Source: Azolla caroliniana
Lineage: Eukaryota; Plantae; Polypodiophyta
NCBI GenBank assembly: GCA_043228905.1
Contig: JBHGNT010000015.1
Coordinates: forward strand, 18,290,001 to 18,354,000
Direction of reading: 5' to 3'
DNA: 64,000 nucleotides
The notes under the pieces are model-generated. The model searched no databases. It had not been told where the DNA came from and was given only the letters and a program-made list of their open reading frames with translations. The translations under genes were made by a program, and so were the position numbers. Positions 19,729 through 32,790 of this stretch are shown here, piece after piece (the first letter of the stretch is position 1; the number at the start of each line of letters is the position of its first letter).

Positions 19729-22700
19729 TGTTGAAAGCGATGTCGTCAGTGCGGAAGATCAAGAAGCACTCGATTCCTGTTCATTCCCTGCGTATGACAG
19801 AAGGTAGGTCGTTGCACAGAGAGAGAGAGAGAGAGAGACACAAAAGAGTCTTTCTATTGCATAAACAAGAATACAACAACCAACCACACAAAGAGGTTAC
19901 AAGGTCACTATATATAGTGACTGACTTAGGGCAACTACCCTTTATGCTAATTACAGAAATGGCCAAAACGGGATAATGTGAATACGTCCATTATACACAT
20001 GTATTCGACACTCCCCCGTAATGGGCGTATACATGGGTTATCTGAGATTACAGGTATAGACTTAGGTTCTCGGACATATCAGCTTTGTTCGAGTCGGCAG
20101 GGTCCGAAGGCAGAAGACCGAACTGGTCGGGTCGGAACAGTCGAAGCCGATCATTAAGGAACTGATGTCGGTTGTCGGGAACCATTCTGCTCTGTGTCCG
20201 GCTCTAACCGGACTGGTTTGTCGTTACGCCCATCTGATGCCGAAGAGACCGAAAACGGTCTGCCGAAAGACATTTGGTCATTCCATCTGCGACATTGTCG
20301 GTTGTGGATATTTTCTCTAGACCGATTTTCCCTGAGATGACGCAGTCCCGAACGAAGTGATATCGAACGTCGATATGTTTGGAGGCGTTGTGGTGAACCG
20401 GATTTTTCGACAAGGCAACAGCACCTTGACTGTCGCTGTAGACAACTGGAGCCGAGTCATGGTCGACTTGTCGAAACGTGTGCGCCAGCCGACCGAGCCA
20501 CAAAGCTTCTTTTGCTGCGTCGGACGCAGCTACATATTCTGCTTCGGTCGTTGAGGTTGCTGTGCACTCTTGAAGTTTCGACTTCCACGAGATTGCTCCA
20601 TTGCCGAATTTGAAGCAGTATCCGGTTGTTGATTTCCGACTGTCTATACAGCCGGCGAAGTCCGAGTCGGTGTAACCGACTACGCCTGAGGTTCGGTTCG
20701 GACCGAAAAGAATGCCGTGATCTTTTGTGCCAGCCAGATATCTGAACACATGCTTGACTGCGTTCCAATGCGATCGGCCAGGATTGTGCATAAATCTGCT
20801 GACGACTCCTACGGCGTGAGAAATATCAGGCCGTGTCGCGACCATCAGGTACATAAGGGAGCCGACTGCCGGTGCATACGGTACCGACTTCATATCTTCC
20901 CCCTCCGGACCGGATGTCGGGCAGTCTCGCTGAGAGAGCCGAAGATTCATGGGGAGCGGGGTTGAAGCAGATTTGGCTGATTGCATGTTGAAGCGTTCCA
21001 AGACACGTCCGATATAGTCGGTCTGAGACAAAAAAAGATGTCGTTTATCGCGATGCCGACTAATCTTCATGCCAAGGATGTGTCGTGCCGGACCGAGGTC
21101 CTTCATGGCAAACTTCAACCGCAGTTGCCGAATGAGATCGGTGAGTTCGCCCGCGTGGCGTCCAGAGATTAGCATGTCGTCCACGTAGATGATGAGGAAG
21201 ATGGGTGATCCATCTTGAGCTGTGTTGGTGAAGAGACAATGGTCCTCACCGCTTTTGGAGAAGCCGATCGATTGGATGAAGTCGTCGAACTTCTTGTACC
21301 ATTGTCGTGGTGCCTGTTTGAGGCCGTATAGACTCTTCCTGAGTCGGCAGACTAGATGTTCTTGGCCGGTGGCCACGAAGCCTTTCGGCTGCTCCATATA
21401 AATTTCCTCGTCAAGATCACCATGGAGGAATGCTGTTTTGACATCTAGCTGAATCAGCTCCAAGTTGTCGGCTGCCACTACGCCGAGTAGGAAACGAAGG
21501 GTTGTCATTTTCACCACTGGTGAAAAAATCTCGTCGAAGTCGACGCCGTATTCTTATCGGAAGCCCTTCGCAACCAATCTGGCCTTGTACTTTGGGGTGG
21601 TCGAATCAGACGTCTCTTTTAGTCGATAGACCCACTTGCAAGGAAGAGCACGTCGGTTCCTCGGTAATTCGACCAAATCCCAAGTCTTGTTTGCCCGAAT
21701 GGAGTGCATTTCCGACTCCATCGCCAGATGCCAGGTGGCTGAATCGACAGATGTCGATGCTTCTTCGTAAGACGTCGGTTCGCCGGCGTCGGTGAAGAAA
21801 ATTCCAGGAGAATATCTCTCCGGAGGTTGCGACAGTCTCTCGGATCGTCGAAGTAGGATTGGACTGGTCGCATCGGGTATCGAGGTCGGATGGTCCGAAA
21901 CCGAATCATTCGGCTGTGCCGAGTCAGAGTTGTCTGAGTCGGTAGTGTAAGGTTCAGCTACCCGTGAAGCTGACCGTGTGTTGAGAGCGGGGCCTTCTTG
22001 AAGGGTCGGCACATCGGAAAATGTTACCCTTCGGACTTCGATCGGTTTTTCGACAGATGGATTCATAGCCGACTCGTTGAACACAACGTCCGAACTTCGA
22101 ACGATTTGTCTGCGTTCGGGGTCCCAGAGTCGGTATCCCATTTCGCCGTCGGATCCATATCCAAGGAAAATGCATTTCCTGGACCGAGGTGCAAGTTTGC
22201 GGCGATCATCTTTCGGAATAAGGGCATACGCCTCGCATCCGAAGATCCTCAGCTTGTCGTAATTCGGCTTTCTGCCGATCCATAGTTCCTGAGGAATTTG
22301 AAGTCCTAGAGGTCTACTTGGCGACATATTGATTATGTGTACTGCCGTGAGTAGAGCCTCTGCCCAGAAGCCATCCGACAGTTCGGAGTGTTGGAGCATG
22401 GAAACTATCCGTTCTTGGATTGTCCGATTCATTCGCTCTGCAATCCCGTTTTGCTCCGGACTGTGTGGTGCCGTAAATTCACGTCGGATGCCGCGTTGTC
22501 GGCAGAATTTGACGAATTCTTCTGATTTGAACTCTCCCCCATTGTCGGTCCGAAGGCATTTCAGCTTTCGGTCGGTTTGATTTTCCACCATAGCGAGCCA
22601 ATCGGTGAAGATCGAGAAGACCCGATCTTTGGTGCGAATTGGATAAGCCCACACTTTTCGAGTCGAATCGTCAATAAAAGTGACGAAGTAAGATGCACCG

Positions 22701-25081
22701 CCTAGGGACTGATGCGGCATTGGGCCACAGACGTCCGAATGGACTAAGTCGAGAGGTCTCGTTTCTCTTGGTGCTGATGTCGGGTGTGATGCGGCTGCTT
22801 GTTTGCCATACTGGCAGTGCTCGCAAAATTGATGGTCCGAGAAGGAGAGTTTGGGGATGTATCCGGCTCTAGATAGGTGCGTGATGCCGGCCTTGCTGAG
22901 GTGTCCCAGTCTTCGGTGCCATAATGATGACACAGGAATATCCACCAAAAACAGGTTACCCTCTCTGAGCGTAACATGTAACGGATACAATGAGTGTATC
23001 TTGGGTCCTCTAGCAAGCAGGAGGTTCCCCCTGTGGAGTGTCCACCCTCCCGAAGAAAAGCCGGCACGAATGCCGTCTTCATCCAGTTGTCCGACTGAGA
23101 TCAATGGCCTTGAGAGCTCGGGTACATGTCGGACATTGTGGAGTACAAGTGTAGAGCCACCTGCAAGGTTGAGCTCTACTGTGCCGATTCCGATGATGTC
23201 ACAGTGTTGTGAGTTGCCGACCCGAACTGAGTCGGAGTGACGGATCGTATATTGCCGAAATTGGGACCGATGAGGAGTCACATGAAATGACGCACCCGAA
23301 TCCAAGAGCCATGTGCTCGATTCTTCAGTCGTGAGCAGAACTTCTGAGCCGACTGGATTTTCGATTGATAGTATGTTCGGGTCGTCTGGTAGCACATCAG
23401 CTGAGAAGCTGACGTGATTGATCTCCTCATGCCGGCCACTCCTCTTGTTGTTCTTGTTCTTGAGTGCGCGGCAGTCGGCTTTGATGTGTCCGGGTTTCTT
23501 GCAATAGTTGCAGATTCGGTTATCCCGTGACTGGCTCCGTCTTCGCTGATTGTTCGGCGGCCGTGAGGAATCTCTTCCTCGTATGTTCGATCGGTCTGTC
23601 GAACCTTGTACTACGTAAGCGTCGTCTGTTGAGTCTTTGGCGAAAGACTTTCTCCGAGCTGCTTCAGTCAGGATTGCGCTCGTGACTTCGGAGTATTTAA
23701 CAGCCGTGGTTGACGCGTTGCACACGGTTGTGACGAAAGTTTCCCATGATGAGGGAAGGCTGCTCATGAGTATCATTGCTCTGAGTTCATCCTCGATTGC
23801 CGTCCCCTGTGACGAGATTTGGGAGCTTATGCTTTCGTACTCATTGAGGTGTGCTTGAACCGAATCGGATTCTTTCATCCGCAAGTTGTAGAGGCGCCGG
23901 ATCAGAAACATCTTCGTTGCGGCGACCTTCTTTTCGTAAGTGTCCGACAGTGTTTTCCACAGTTCGAATGCTGTCGTACACGATTGCACCGTAAAGTATA
24001 CCGATTCCGATAGGTGCATCCGAATCGTGGCGCGGACGATTCTGTCCAGCTTCTGCCACTCAACTGGTTTGTATCCTTCTGGAGGTTCTTCGTTTTCGAT
24101 GGGATCGATTTGTCCCTTGACTATGAGATAGTCCTGCATTTGCTCTTTCCAGAAGTTGAAGTTCGATCCATCGAACTTTCGTAGACTCATTTCTGACGAG
24201 CCGGATGTTGATGCCATCAAATTCGGTTTTGGTTGACGAGACTCGGTTCGGAGTTGACTGTGAACCTTGTTGGAGTGCAGCCGGTTGGCTCACCCGATAT
24301 CGTTCTAGTCGGATTTGAACCCGAGTCGGTTCGGCTTCGGATATATGTGCCGAATACCGATTATTAAAACCGATTATCTGGACTGATTCTGCTTCGGTTG
24401 ACTGCAGCGACGAGAGAGACAGATCCAACTGATCCTCTCGAATGTCGATCAGCCGGATGAAGCACGAATTGGGGTTGTTGTCTTGAGACCGATCTGCACC
24501 GAGTGGTTACAACGAGCAGCGTTTGGTGACTTCTTCGGATGCCGTTTAACCGAATGGAGCACGATCGTGTCAATGATGCACAAGGGGATTTCACCTCGAG
24601 CGGTTACGATCACAAGGAACAGAGTACGACCTGATGGCTTACTCCAAGCAAAGATGATCTAACGCAATGAGATGCAAACCTGGTTTGTTTTTTTTTTCTT
24701 CTTCTTCTCTCTTCTTCGAATGACGCAGGGAACCGAATGCAGAGACGACGGCCGACAGCGGATTGAAGGACCGACTACTGTGCAGGCTCTGATACCAGAT
24801 GTTGAAAGCGATGTCGTCAGTGCGGAAGATCAAGAAGCACTCGATTCCTGTTCATTCCCTGCGTATGACAGAAGGTAGGTCGTTGCACAGAGAGAGAGAG
24901 AGAGAGAGACACAAAAGAGTCTTTCTATTGCATAAACAAGAATACAACAACCAACCACACAAAGAGGTTACAAGGTCACTATATATAGTGACTGACTTAG
25001 GGCAACTACCCTTTATGCTAATTACAGAAATGGCCAAAACGGGATAATGTGAATACGTCCATTATACACATGTATTCGACA
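19729..25081 (-). mobile_element. Full-length Ty1/copia, sister of 9123-14498
   Basis: 282-bp LTRs 19729-20010 and 24800-25081 appear identical. TSD TGGTT, iMet PBS at 24786-24797, PPT adjacent to 20010. Confidence 0.97.
20204..24217 (-). pseudogene. Copia Gag-Pol with one premature stop in RT
   Basis: Colinear with 9990-14003. CAA>TAA at 21554-21556 (KGFR*EYG) splits it into 888-aa and 437-aa ORFs in the same frame. Confidence 0.93.
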
Positions 25082-28000
25082 TGGTTTACGCACGTTATAC
25101 TCGGTTTCCGCCTAGGGACAGTTTTCTCCATGACATCCGCCCCCACCTAACTGTGCATCCACCGGTATGCGCCAAAATGAGACTCCTGCCGGAGAAGACC
25201 GGCCCACGCTTATCCTTCGTCTTCCGGATCGGCATCCGTCCCGAGCCAGTCGTTGTCGCTATCTGAGTCGCTCGGGTCCGGTTCAGCCTCATGCCGCTTT
25301 TTGAAGGCTTTGATCCTCTTCCCCGCCACCGGTACCGCCATCCTTGTCCACGCTTTGACGATCGGCCTGTGTCCACGCTCCACCTTCCCATTGTCCTCCA
25401 GATTGTACGTCGTGGTGAGCAAGATTTTAATTCCTAGCCGTCCAAACAGCTCTTCCACCTCTTGCGCATCTATTCCCCGCGGTCGGCTACGATCTTCCCA
25501 ACGCACCCGTACCGACATACCACTTATTCGATCAGAAATTGGCACACAGCCGCGGTCGTTTTGCTCTGCAACGCTCGGCCTTCCACCTGGTTCGTCAGGT
25601 CCTCCCGAGCTAGCACCAGATACCGCATCTGCCCTACCCCCATCAGCATCGTCACCAGATCCACCATCCATTTCAAGTGGACGGTCGGAGGGTAGGTCGG
25701 GTGGAGCTCGTCCCGATGTCGGACTATGGAGTGCTCCTGACAGCTTTCGCAAGTCATCACGAATCGATGCTCGTCCCGGTATAGTCCCGGCCACCAGTAC
25801 TTCCCCTTTAGCTTCTTGAATGTGGCCCACGTCCCACGGTGTCCGGCCCAGGGACTCTCGTGGTACGCCGTCAGCAATTCTTCTTGTTCCTCTTTCTTTG
25901 CCACTACTCGAAGCGGGATGTCGTCTCTCTTCTTCGGGTGCTTCCATATGCTCTTGTCCCGTAGAAAGAATCAGTACGCTTTCTTCCGAATCCGATTGGC
26001 CTCTTCTTTCGTCCATGCCGCGTCTGGTGTCATTGCCTTCAGGAACCCGCCAATCTGGAGCCACTCACCATCGTACTTGCTCTCGTTGAATTTGTTAAAC
26101 GCCGGAGTGCCCCCTTTCTTGTTGTTACGTTGGCTGACCCAAAGAAATCTTCCCCGACTTCCTCGTTATCCGAAACCATGCCGTCCTCGTCACTGAAACA
26201 CGCCCTCGAAAGCATATCGGCCATGGCATTATCTTTTCCGGAGATGTGCCGTATCTCCGAGTTCAGGGACTTGATGTACGCGATCCACTTGAGCATCGCC
26301 AGGTCCGGAGTCGCGCATCCAGAAACCATACCTAGAATCGGTAGGCAGTCCGTCTCGATGATCACTTCCGTCCCGATCAGATAGTCCTTGTCGGCCTTGA
26401 CTACCGAAACGATACCCCAAAGCTCGTGCTTAACTTGGGCATATCCTCGCTGCCGCTCGCTCAATACCTTTGCCCCGAACCGGATCGGGAACCGTATGCC
26501 ATCCTTGTCCTCCTGACTGATTACCCACCCGATCCCGGTCGAGCTCGTGTCTATCGTTACGCAGATGGGAACTTCCTTGCCGTAAACCGCTTCTCGAAGA
26601 GCCGGTGCCGCAGCAAGCGCCTCCTTCATCCTTCGGACCGACTCCGTGTGCTCCGTCCTCCACTCGAACCTACGCCCTTTCTTCAATAGCCCGTAGAGTG
26701 GCTCCGCGACATGCGCATAGTGCGGAATCCAGATGTGGTAGAACGCGCACGCCCCCAAGAATGTGCGGACCTCCGTAACCGACCCGCAGTCGTCCTTCAT
26801 CGCGGAGATGGCTTCTACCTTCGCCAAGGACGGTTTCCGGCCATAGGGCCCGCACAGGTGTCCGACTACCAGGATCTCCAGCTGTCCGAAGGCTGATATT
26901 TCTCCGGAGAAGGTGAGTCGCGCGCTCTCAAGTCTTTGTAGCACCTTCTTGCAATCACAGATGTGATCCGTCACGAACCTCCGGCAACCGTCAGGCCCGA
27001 CAGACTCATCCTTGTCCTCCACCGGACATCCTTTGATCGGTATGTCGTCCAGAAACGGCATGGTGATGTTCGGGATGCAGTCCCTCAACACCTTGTTCAT
27101 CACATTCACCATGTGCGCAACCGAGTTCGTTCCTCCTTGCGGCAGGGTACACATCCGAACTAGGCCGAGAGGAGTCCGCATCATCGTGACATCCCTGCTC
27201 TCTACGGCTAGTTGGAACTAATCGTACCCTGAGTACAGATCCCCGACCAAGTAGATTGACCTCCCTGCAAAGGCCTCCGCGAACTCATCGATGGTCGGTC
27301 CAATACCTGCGTTTCGAATGGTCACCTTGTTGACCGGTTGGTCCTGTATGAAGTGCAGTGTGCCGTTCTTCTTCGGCACGGTAAACCATCGATTCAAATA
27401 TGGGGCACTCGACGGTTCGAGGATGCCCATCTCCACCTTTTGTTTCAGCAGCTCCATCAGCTTTGGGATGTGAGCTCTGGGTACCAGAATCGGCTTGAGA
27501 TTCCACGACACATGCGGTACCGTGAAGATCACCATTGGTTCCACAACCTTCGGGTCTATGCACCCGATCTCCTCCGGTGAGAATGCAAAAGCTTTCTTGT
27601 GCCTCCCGAGCATTCTTCGAAACCGGTCCTCTTCCGCCGGCAGTAGAAAACCACCCCCACCGATCTTGAGCTCTTGTAGCGTTATGTCGGTGAACGTGTG
27701 TCCTATGCTGGCCGGATCTCGTAAACTTGGGTCCGACCCCCTTTATCCGTAACTCGCTGCCCTCCGGCAAGGGTACCGCGACTAGCCTCACCTTCCGGTC
27801 CACAGTCTTGTACTTCGTATCCACTCGGGCCGTCTGATCCGACTCGAGTCCACAACCGAATTCGGCGATGACTTCGTACATCCTTTCCGAGCATACTGGA
27901 ATCGTCCGGTTCGCATTAAGGCCTTCTCCGAACACCTCCCGTAACTTCCCCAAGGTGTCGCCAAAAGAGACCGCCTCCACAACTCCGCTGATTTCTTCTT

Positions 28001-29236
28001 CAGGCCCGACGACTCCGCATGCCCGGAGTCGCTCCTCTGCCCGTTTCTTTTCGTGGCCTACTACGCCGGCTACCGTGCAACCACCGCTATCAGAAAACCA
28101 AAATTTCCTACCTATGGTACAGGTCTTTTTGCCTATAGTACATTTGTGGGGTTTTTCCGAGCTATCCGGACTATCGCGGCCCCACACCTTGATAGCCCTC
28201 TCTAAAAATCCCCTCGGTTTTCGGCACCGAGGGTCTCGCGGTTGTGCTCATGGTTTGGTCGCACTGTTAGGAACTGAACCGAGTGACGCCCATCCTGGCT
28301 CTTGACTCATGCATATGTCGAACCGTTGTCCAGCACCTTTGTCTCCATGCGCGCCGCCGTGATGTATGGTTCTCCGAGTATCACCGGATGCGAGGACGTC
28401 TCCTGCACGAAGAAGTGTTCGTCGATCTCGATGTCGCCAAGTTTCACTCGTACGTTTGGGCAGGCTCCATGTAGCTCTTCTGTGGTGTGCGTTGCTGCCC
28501 GTATCTTCCACCCGTGCTTGGTGTTGATCGGCCACTTTCCCTTCTTGTAGAAGTCCATGGACATCAGGTTGATCTCCGAACCATAGTCTACCAACGCTAC
28601 CACCGGCTCTTGAACGTCCCCGATCCAAACATGGGTTTTCGTAGTGGCCCTAGCCCAATGTAGCCTCGAGTAGTGGCTTTCCGCCAACTCGTCCTCCAGG
28701 GCCATGTCTTCTAGGTGCGTCGTTCACACCTCCACCGACTTCTCCAGCTCCGGTTCCGTTGAAAGCCTTTTCCGCTTTACCAAGTCTACGATGGAGTCGT
28801 GGAATTCCTTCTTGGCGATACCGAGCACTTCCCTCCGCGACAATTCCACTTTGCTGTCGAGGATCCGTCCTCCAGGACCTTCCGTAGGTCCGTGGTCCTT
28901 TCGATCTCCGTGCTCAACCGATAACTGGCCTTCTTGGCCTTGTCCGGCGCACCGAATCCACCTACATCACTCTGCTTCGGCCCGAACCGGGTCTCATACC
29001 GTTGCGAGGGTTCGGCCCCCCCGGTATTTCCCACTCGCTTGTCTTCCACCAAAACCTCGTAGTTCTCGCACGCGGCTTCCACGAAGCCCGTCTTCTCTTC
29101 AACCGGGTCACTCCACCCTGTTACCTCCCGAACCTGTCTTTCCGCGTGGTCCGCTTCCTCTTTCCTTAGTCGTACGTCGGACTATTTTAGAGGATTAGAT
29201 GCTTGCACACTTTCCAAGAAAAGAAGTACACGCGTC

Positions 29237-30841
29237 ATGACTCGACAAATCTTGAACCCTAACTTTCCATCTTCACATAAGCAGGAAGCAAGTCACTTTT
29301 CTGCACATTTTAGAAAATCTTCACAAATTGTCTGCTCTCCTCGCTCCCATCTCTCTTCTCACTCACCTTGCCATCACAGAAGCTCTACTGCTCGAACCTT
29401 CCCACTGAAACGTTCCCCTCGGTCATCTCAACCCGTCCTCGAAGAGATGACGATTGACATCTCCCTAACCCTGTGGCAGTGGCTCCACGACAAAGGCCTT
29501 GTAGGCTACATACGGGTGGCAAAGGCACCACTTCACCCAAACACACAGGAGATGGCAAAGAAGCTAAATATCGACACCATCACAAATGCCAGCATCAAGA
29601 AGAAGTTGGGTTTGTTTGGAGATAGGGAACGTTGTCATGAAGATCCGTCTCTATGTGCGGATCGTGAGGCGGAACCGCCGAGGTTCTGAACCGGAAAGAC
29701 TTGAAGCACCCACTAGCTTTAGCGAGAAAGGATTTAAGATAGTTTGAGGGAGAGAGATTGAGATGGCGAAAGAGAGATAGAGAGTGAGAGAGATAAGATC
29801 AAACTTTTAACTTTAGATTCGAGAGACAAGATATATCATCAATTGGAGAACGGATTTTTCTTCTTCTTAAATTCTTGAATCAAAACATAACCCCCCCCCC
29901 CCCCCCTTTTACATTCTAATTTTTTTACCTTTCAATTTTACATTCCTTTCCTACCATCTGTCTCTTGGATCCCACGTTGGTTCTAAACGCAACTGCCCAA
30001 GTCTCTAGATGGAGTGTCCTACATGGGTATCACCATCGTCCATCTCTTGGGTCTCACGTTGGCTTTCTACAACTGCCCAAGTCTCCGGAACATGTGTGCT
30101 CCTCACATAGACACTCCTTTTACATTCTCTTTTTTTACCTTTCAATTTTTACATTCGTTTCCTACCATCTGTCTCTTGGGTCCCACGTTGGTTCTCAACG
30201 CAACTGCCCAAGTCTCTAGATGGAGTGTCCTACATGGGTATCACCACCGTCCATTTCTTGGGTCTCACGTTGGCTTTTTGCAACTACCCAAGTCTCCGGA
30301 ACATGTGTGCTCCTCACATAGACACAAAGATAATAGCTTTTGCTCTGCCTTATATATGGTGGGTTCCTTATTTGTCCTGTCTATGTGGGATATCACATAT
30401 TTTTCTCTTCTTCTTTGCAAACTTCATACCCACATAACTTGACACTTAGATGTATGTTTCCTACGTAGTAAAGTACATTCAAAAGCTCTTCAAGACCTCC
30501 ATCTTTTTGTACCAAGATATTAAACTTATTTAATATAGTATCTTTACTATTATTGTTTTATATTTCGTTAGAAGAACCATGCTCAATTTCGTATGTTCCT
30601 TACAAGTTTCACACTACGCCGAAAATCTTCACGACAACGCCACTTCGAGATCCCTCCAGCAAGGGTGCTCGAGCGCTACTTTGGGGAATACTCCATCTTG
30701 GCCAAAGCCTACAGGACACGGTATGCGCGTGATCCTTTCTTTCGCGAAGTCGCAAAGTTCTTACTTGAAGTAGGATGCGTACACACCAACGCATACGGGA
30801 TGCCTAAACAGAAAGCTGGCATCGTCAAGGCTACCAAGTGA
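29237..30841 (+). pseudogene. Unknown ORF, probably TE-associated, interrupted by a solo LTR
   Basis: ...LGLFGDRER|HFEIPPARVLERYFGEY... rejoins in frame after removing 29633-30636 and a 4-bp duplication. I do not recognise the domain. Confidence 0.5.
29633..30636. mobile_element. Solo LTR-like insertion (1004 bp) with family-B-like termini and an internal ~210-bp tandem duplication
   Basis: Ends TGTCATGAAGAT...ATCTTCACGACA (12-bp inverted, 1 mismatch). Flanks ACGT/ACGC. Repeat copies at ~29908-30113 and ~30118-30325. Confidence 0.75.
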
Positions 30842-31185
30842 CCCCGGCTATACCTCCACATGCACAGACAACGAAGTAAGGGGGGAACCAGGGGAAGAAT
30901 TACTATGGGAGTTTCCCATCGATACCATAGAGCAAGCACCACAAGCTCAAACGCAAGCAGCAACGTCGGAATCAACAGAGCCCAAACACCTGTCGGGACC
31001 TGTCTCCATGAAACCAAGCCTAGAGTAGGAGTCTGATCTGGCCAAGCCATTTAACGTAGCAACAACTCCAGTCCCGGCTAGTAGGGGCGATCACCCAGAA
31101 CCCAATATCCTTGATATTTTCGACGAGGAATAAAGGGTGATAGTGGGTCTGAAGTGCTCGAGCATTGTCCCACAGGTGTTCCAGG

Positions 31186-31656
31186 TGTTGTTTGACTAAG
31201 TCGACCTAAGTGGGAAAAGGTGGAAGAAGCGGAAGGAGTGGAGTCAGAATCATCCGTAATGATGAGGACGAAGCATTAAGATGAAGCGTTTTTGAACGCC
31301 TGTAACGGTTCATGCGCTAAGCGTAACCGACCATGACCCTATAAAGGGCATTGAAAACTTGTAAAGGGTAGCGTACATATTTGGGTAATCTCTGAAATAT
31401 AGTCGTACTATCTCTAACTTGTTGTATCTGAGTGTTCTTCTTTACGTATTCTCCGTGTGTAGTAATCACGTAAGCATGTCTGTGTAAAAGCGACGCATTG
31501 TGCGAAGGAGATCAATTGTAGCCATCTCCTGAGGATCCTTTCCCCATACAACGATTTGCGATAGACTGTATATGCTCTCCATTCTCTACACTACAATCTC
31601 CTTGAGCCGTACCCCGAAGGACTGAGGGTAGGTCGTGTTAACCCTAGCCGATAACA
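31186..31656 (+). repeat. Family-A LTR copy, homologous to 16565-17043
   Basis: TGTTGTT...TAACA, alignable over its full length with many transitions. No PBS, PPT or TSD is recognisable. Confidence 0.85.
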
Positions 31657-32459
31657 TGCATGCATGTTGACATGATGATTTGTTTAAGGGTTTTTGTTAA
31701 AAGACATTCGAGAGGTTGTGTGGCTGACATGGATCAAGCACAAGTGGTTCATTTGCCTCGGATCGAGCCGATACAACCCATTGCAACATTCGACGAAGTT
31801 GCTCCTCTTATAGGTATGTGGATTTGGTCTCGTTGTAATATGTCAATCTTATATAGTTGTGTTCTTATATATATTTGGTGATAGGGCACAGAGATGTGGT
31901 TCACCAAACACGAAGTGGATTCACTTCGGATTCACGTGGACGAGTGGGCAAGAAGGGTACCGGGATTTGCACCTGCTCTCGGTGGCCCCATATTGTAAAT
32001 TTTGGATTGGCTACAAAAGATTTTATAATGGATGTCATGGCCACAGATATTAGACCTTGGTTGTCATATAATGGATATTATGTATACCACAAATATTTTA
32101 AATATCGTCCTATTATTTGTACCGGAGTGGATGTTGTACATGTGGTATTACATTTTGTTACAGACGGATGTTGTAATATGGTCACCACTTTTTGCATAGC
32201 GAGTAGTGACTCGTTGTATATCGAAAATTACCGATTAATGGAAATGTTGTTTATCTTAGAAATCTTGGTAATCTCAAGTGTTGGACTCATGCCCCTAAAG
32301 CTGTTTTAGATTCAACAATATGTTGTTTTCTCACTCATAGTGTGATTTGTGTCTTCTGTATTTCAAAGATATCATGTTGTTTTCACACATATGTTTTAGC
32401 TTCAAAGCTATGTTGTTTTCTTAGTCATAGTTGATTTGTGTATATTGTTTTCAAAGATC

Positions 32460-32790
32460 TCTTAAAAACCCTCTTAAAATACATCTCTTCTCATAAACAG
32501 GTTGCCCACCTGTTTTGATATGGTCACCCAACCTATCAAACAGGTCTCCCAACCCTCTTAAAAAACATCTCTTCTCATAAATAGGTTGTCCAACCTGTTT
32601 TAATATGGTCACCCAACCTATCAAACAGATCACCTTATTGTATAAATCGTCTCCCAACCCTCTTAAAAAACATCTTTTCATAAACAAGTTGCCCAACTTG
32701 TATTAATATGGTCACCCAACCTATTAAACAGGTCTCCCAACCCTCTTCAAAAACATCTCTTCTAATAAACAAGTCGCCTAACCTGTTTAA
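32460..32790. repeat. Degenerate ~85-105 bp tandem repeat, about 3.5 copies
   Basis: Recurrent CCCTCTTAAAAAACATCTCTTCTCATAAACAGGTTGCCCAACCTGTTTTAATATGGTCACCCAACCTATCAAACAG. Confidence 0.8.

Larger units (their letters stand above)
19095..29180 (-). mobile_element. Gypsy family-B element, 5'-truncated: gag end, protease, RT, RNase H, partial integrase, PPT and a 3' LTR split by a copia insertion
   Basis: Protease VALVDYGSEINL, RT DLYSGYD...LPQGGTNS...PFLDDI, RNase H IDTSSTGIG/ELWG/IETDC, integrase HESPWAGH...CESC, in gypsy order. PPT TAGGTGGGGCGGA on minus precedes the LTR start at 25135. The LTR ends CGCGACA at 19095, the same end as at 15674. Multiple stops and frameshifts. Confidence 0.85.

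Noticed and set aside
16565-31656. LTRs 16565-17043 and 31186-31656 as the two ends of one element
   Set aside because: The outer flanks CCCTC and TGCAT do not match and no PPT precedes 31186. It is possible but unsupported.
31745-32309. Exon-like coding fragments
   Set aside because: Probably part of the diverged MULE ending at 33932, but there is no diagnostic motif.
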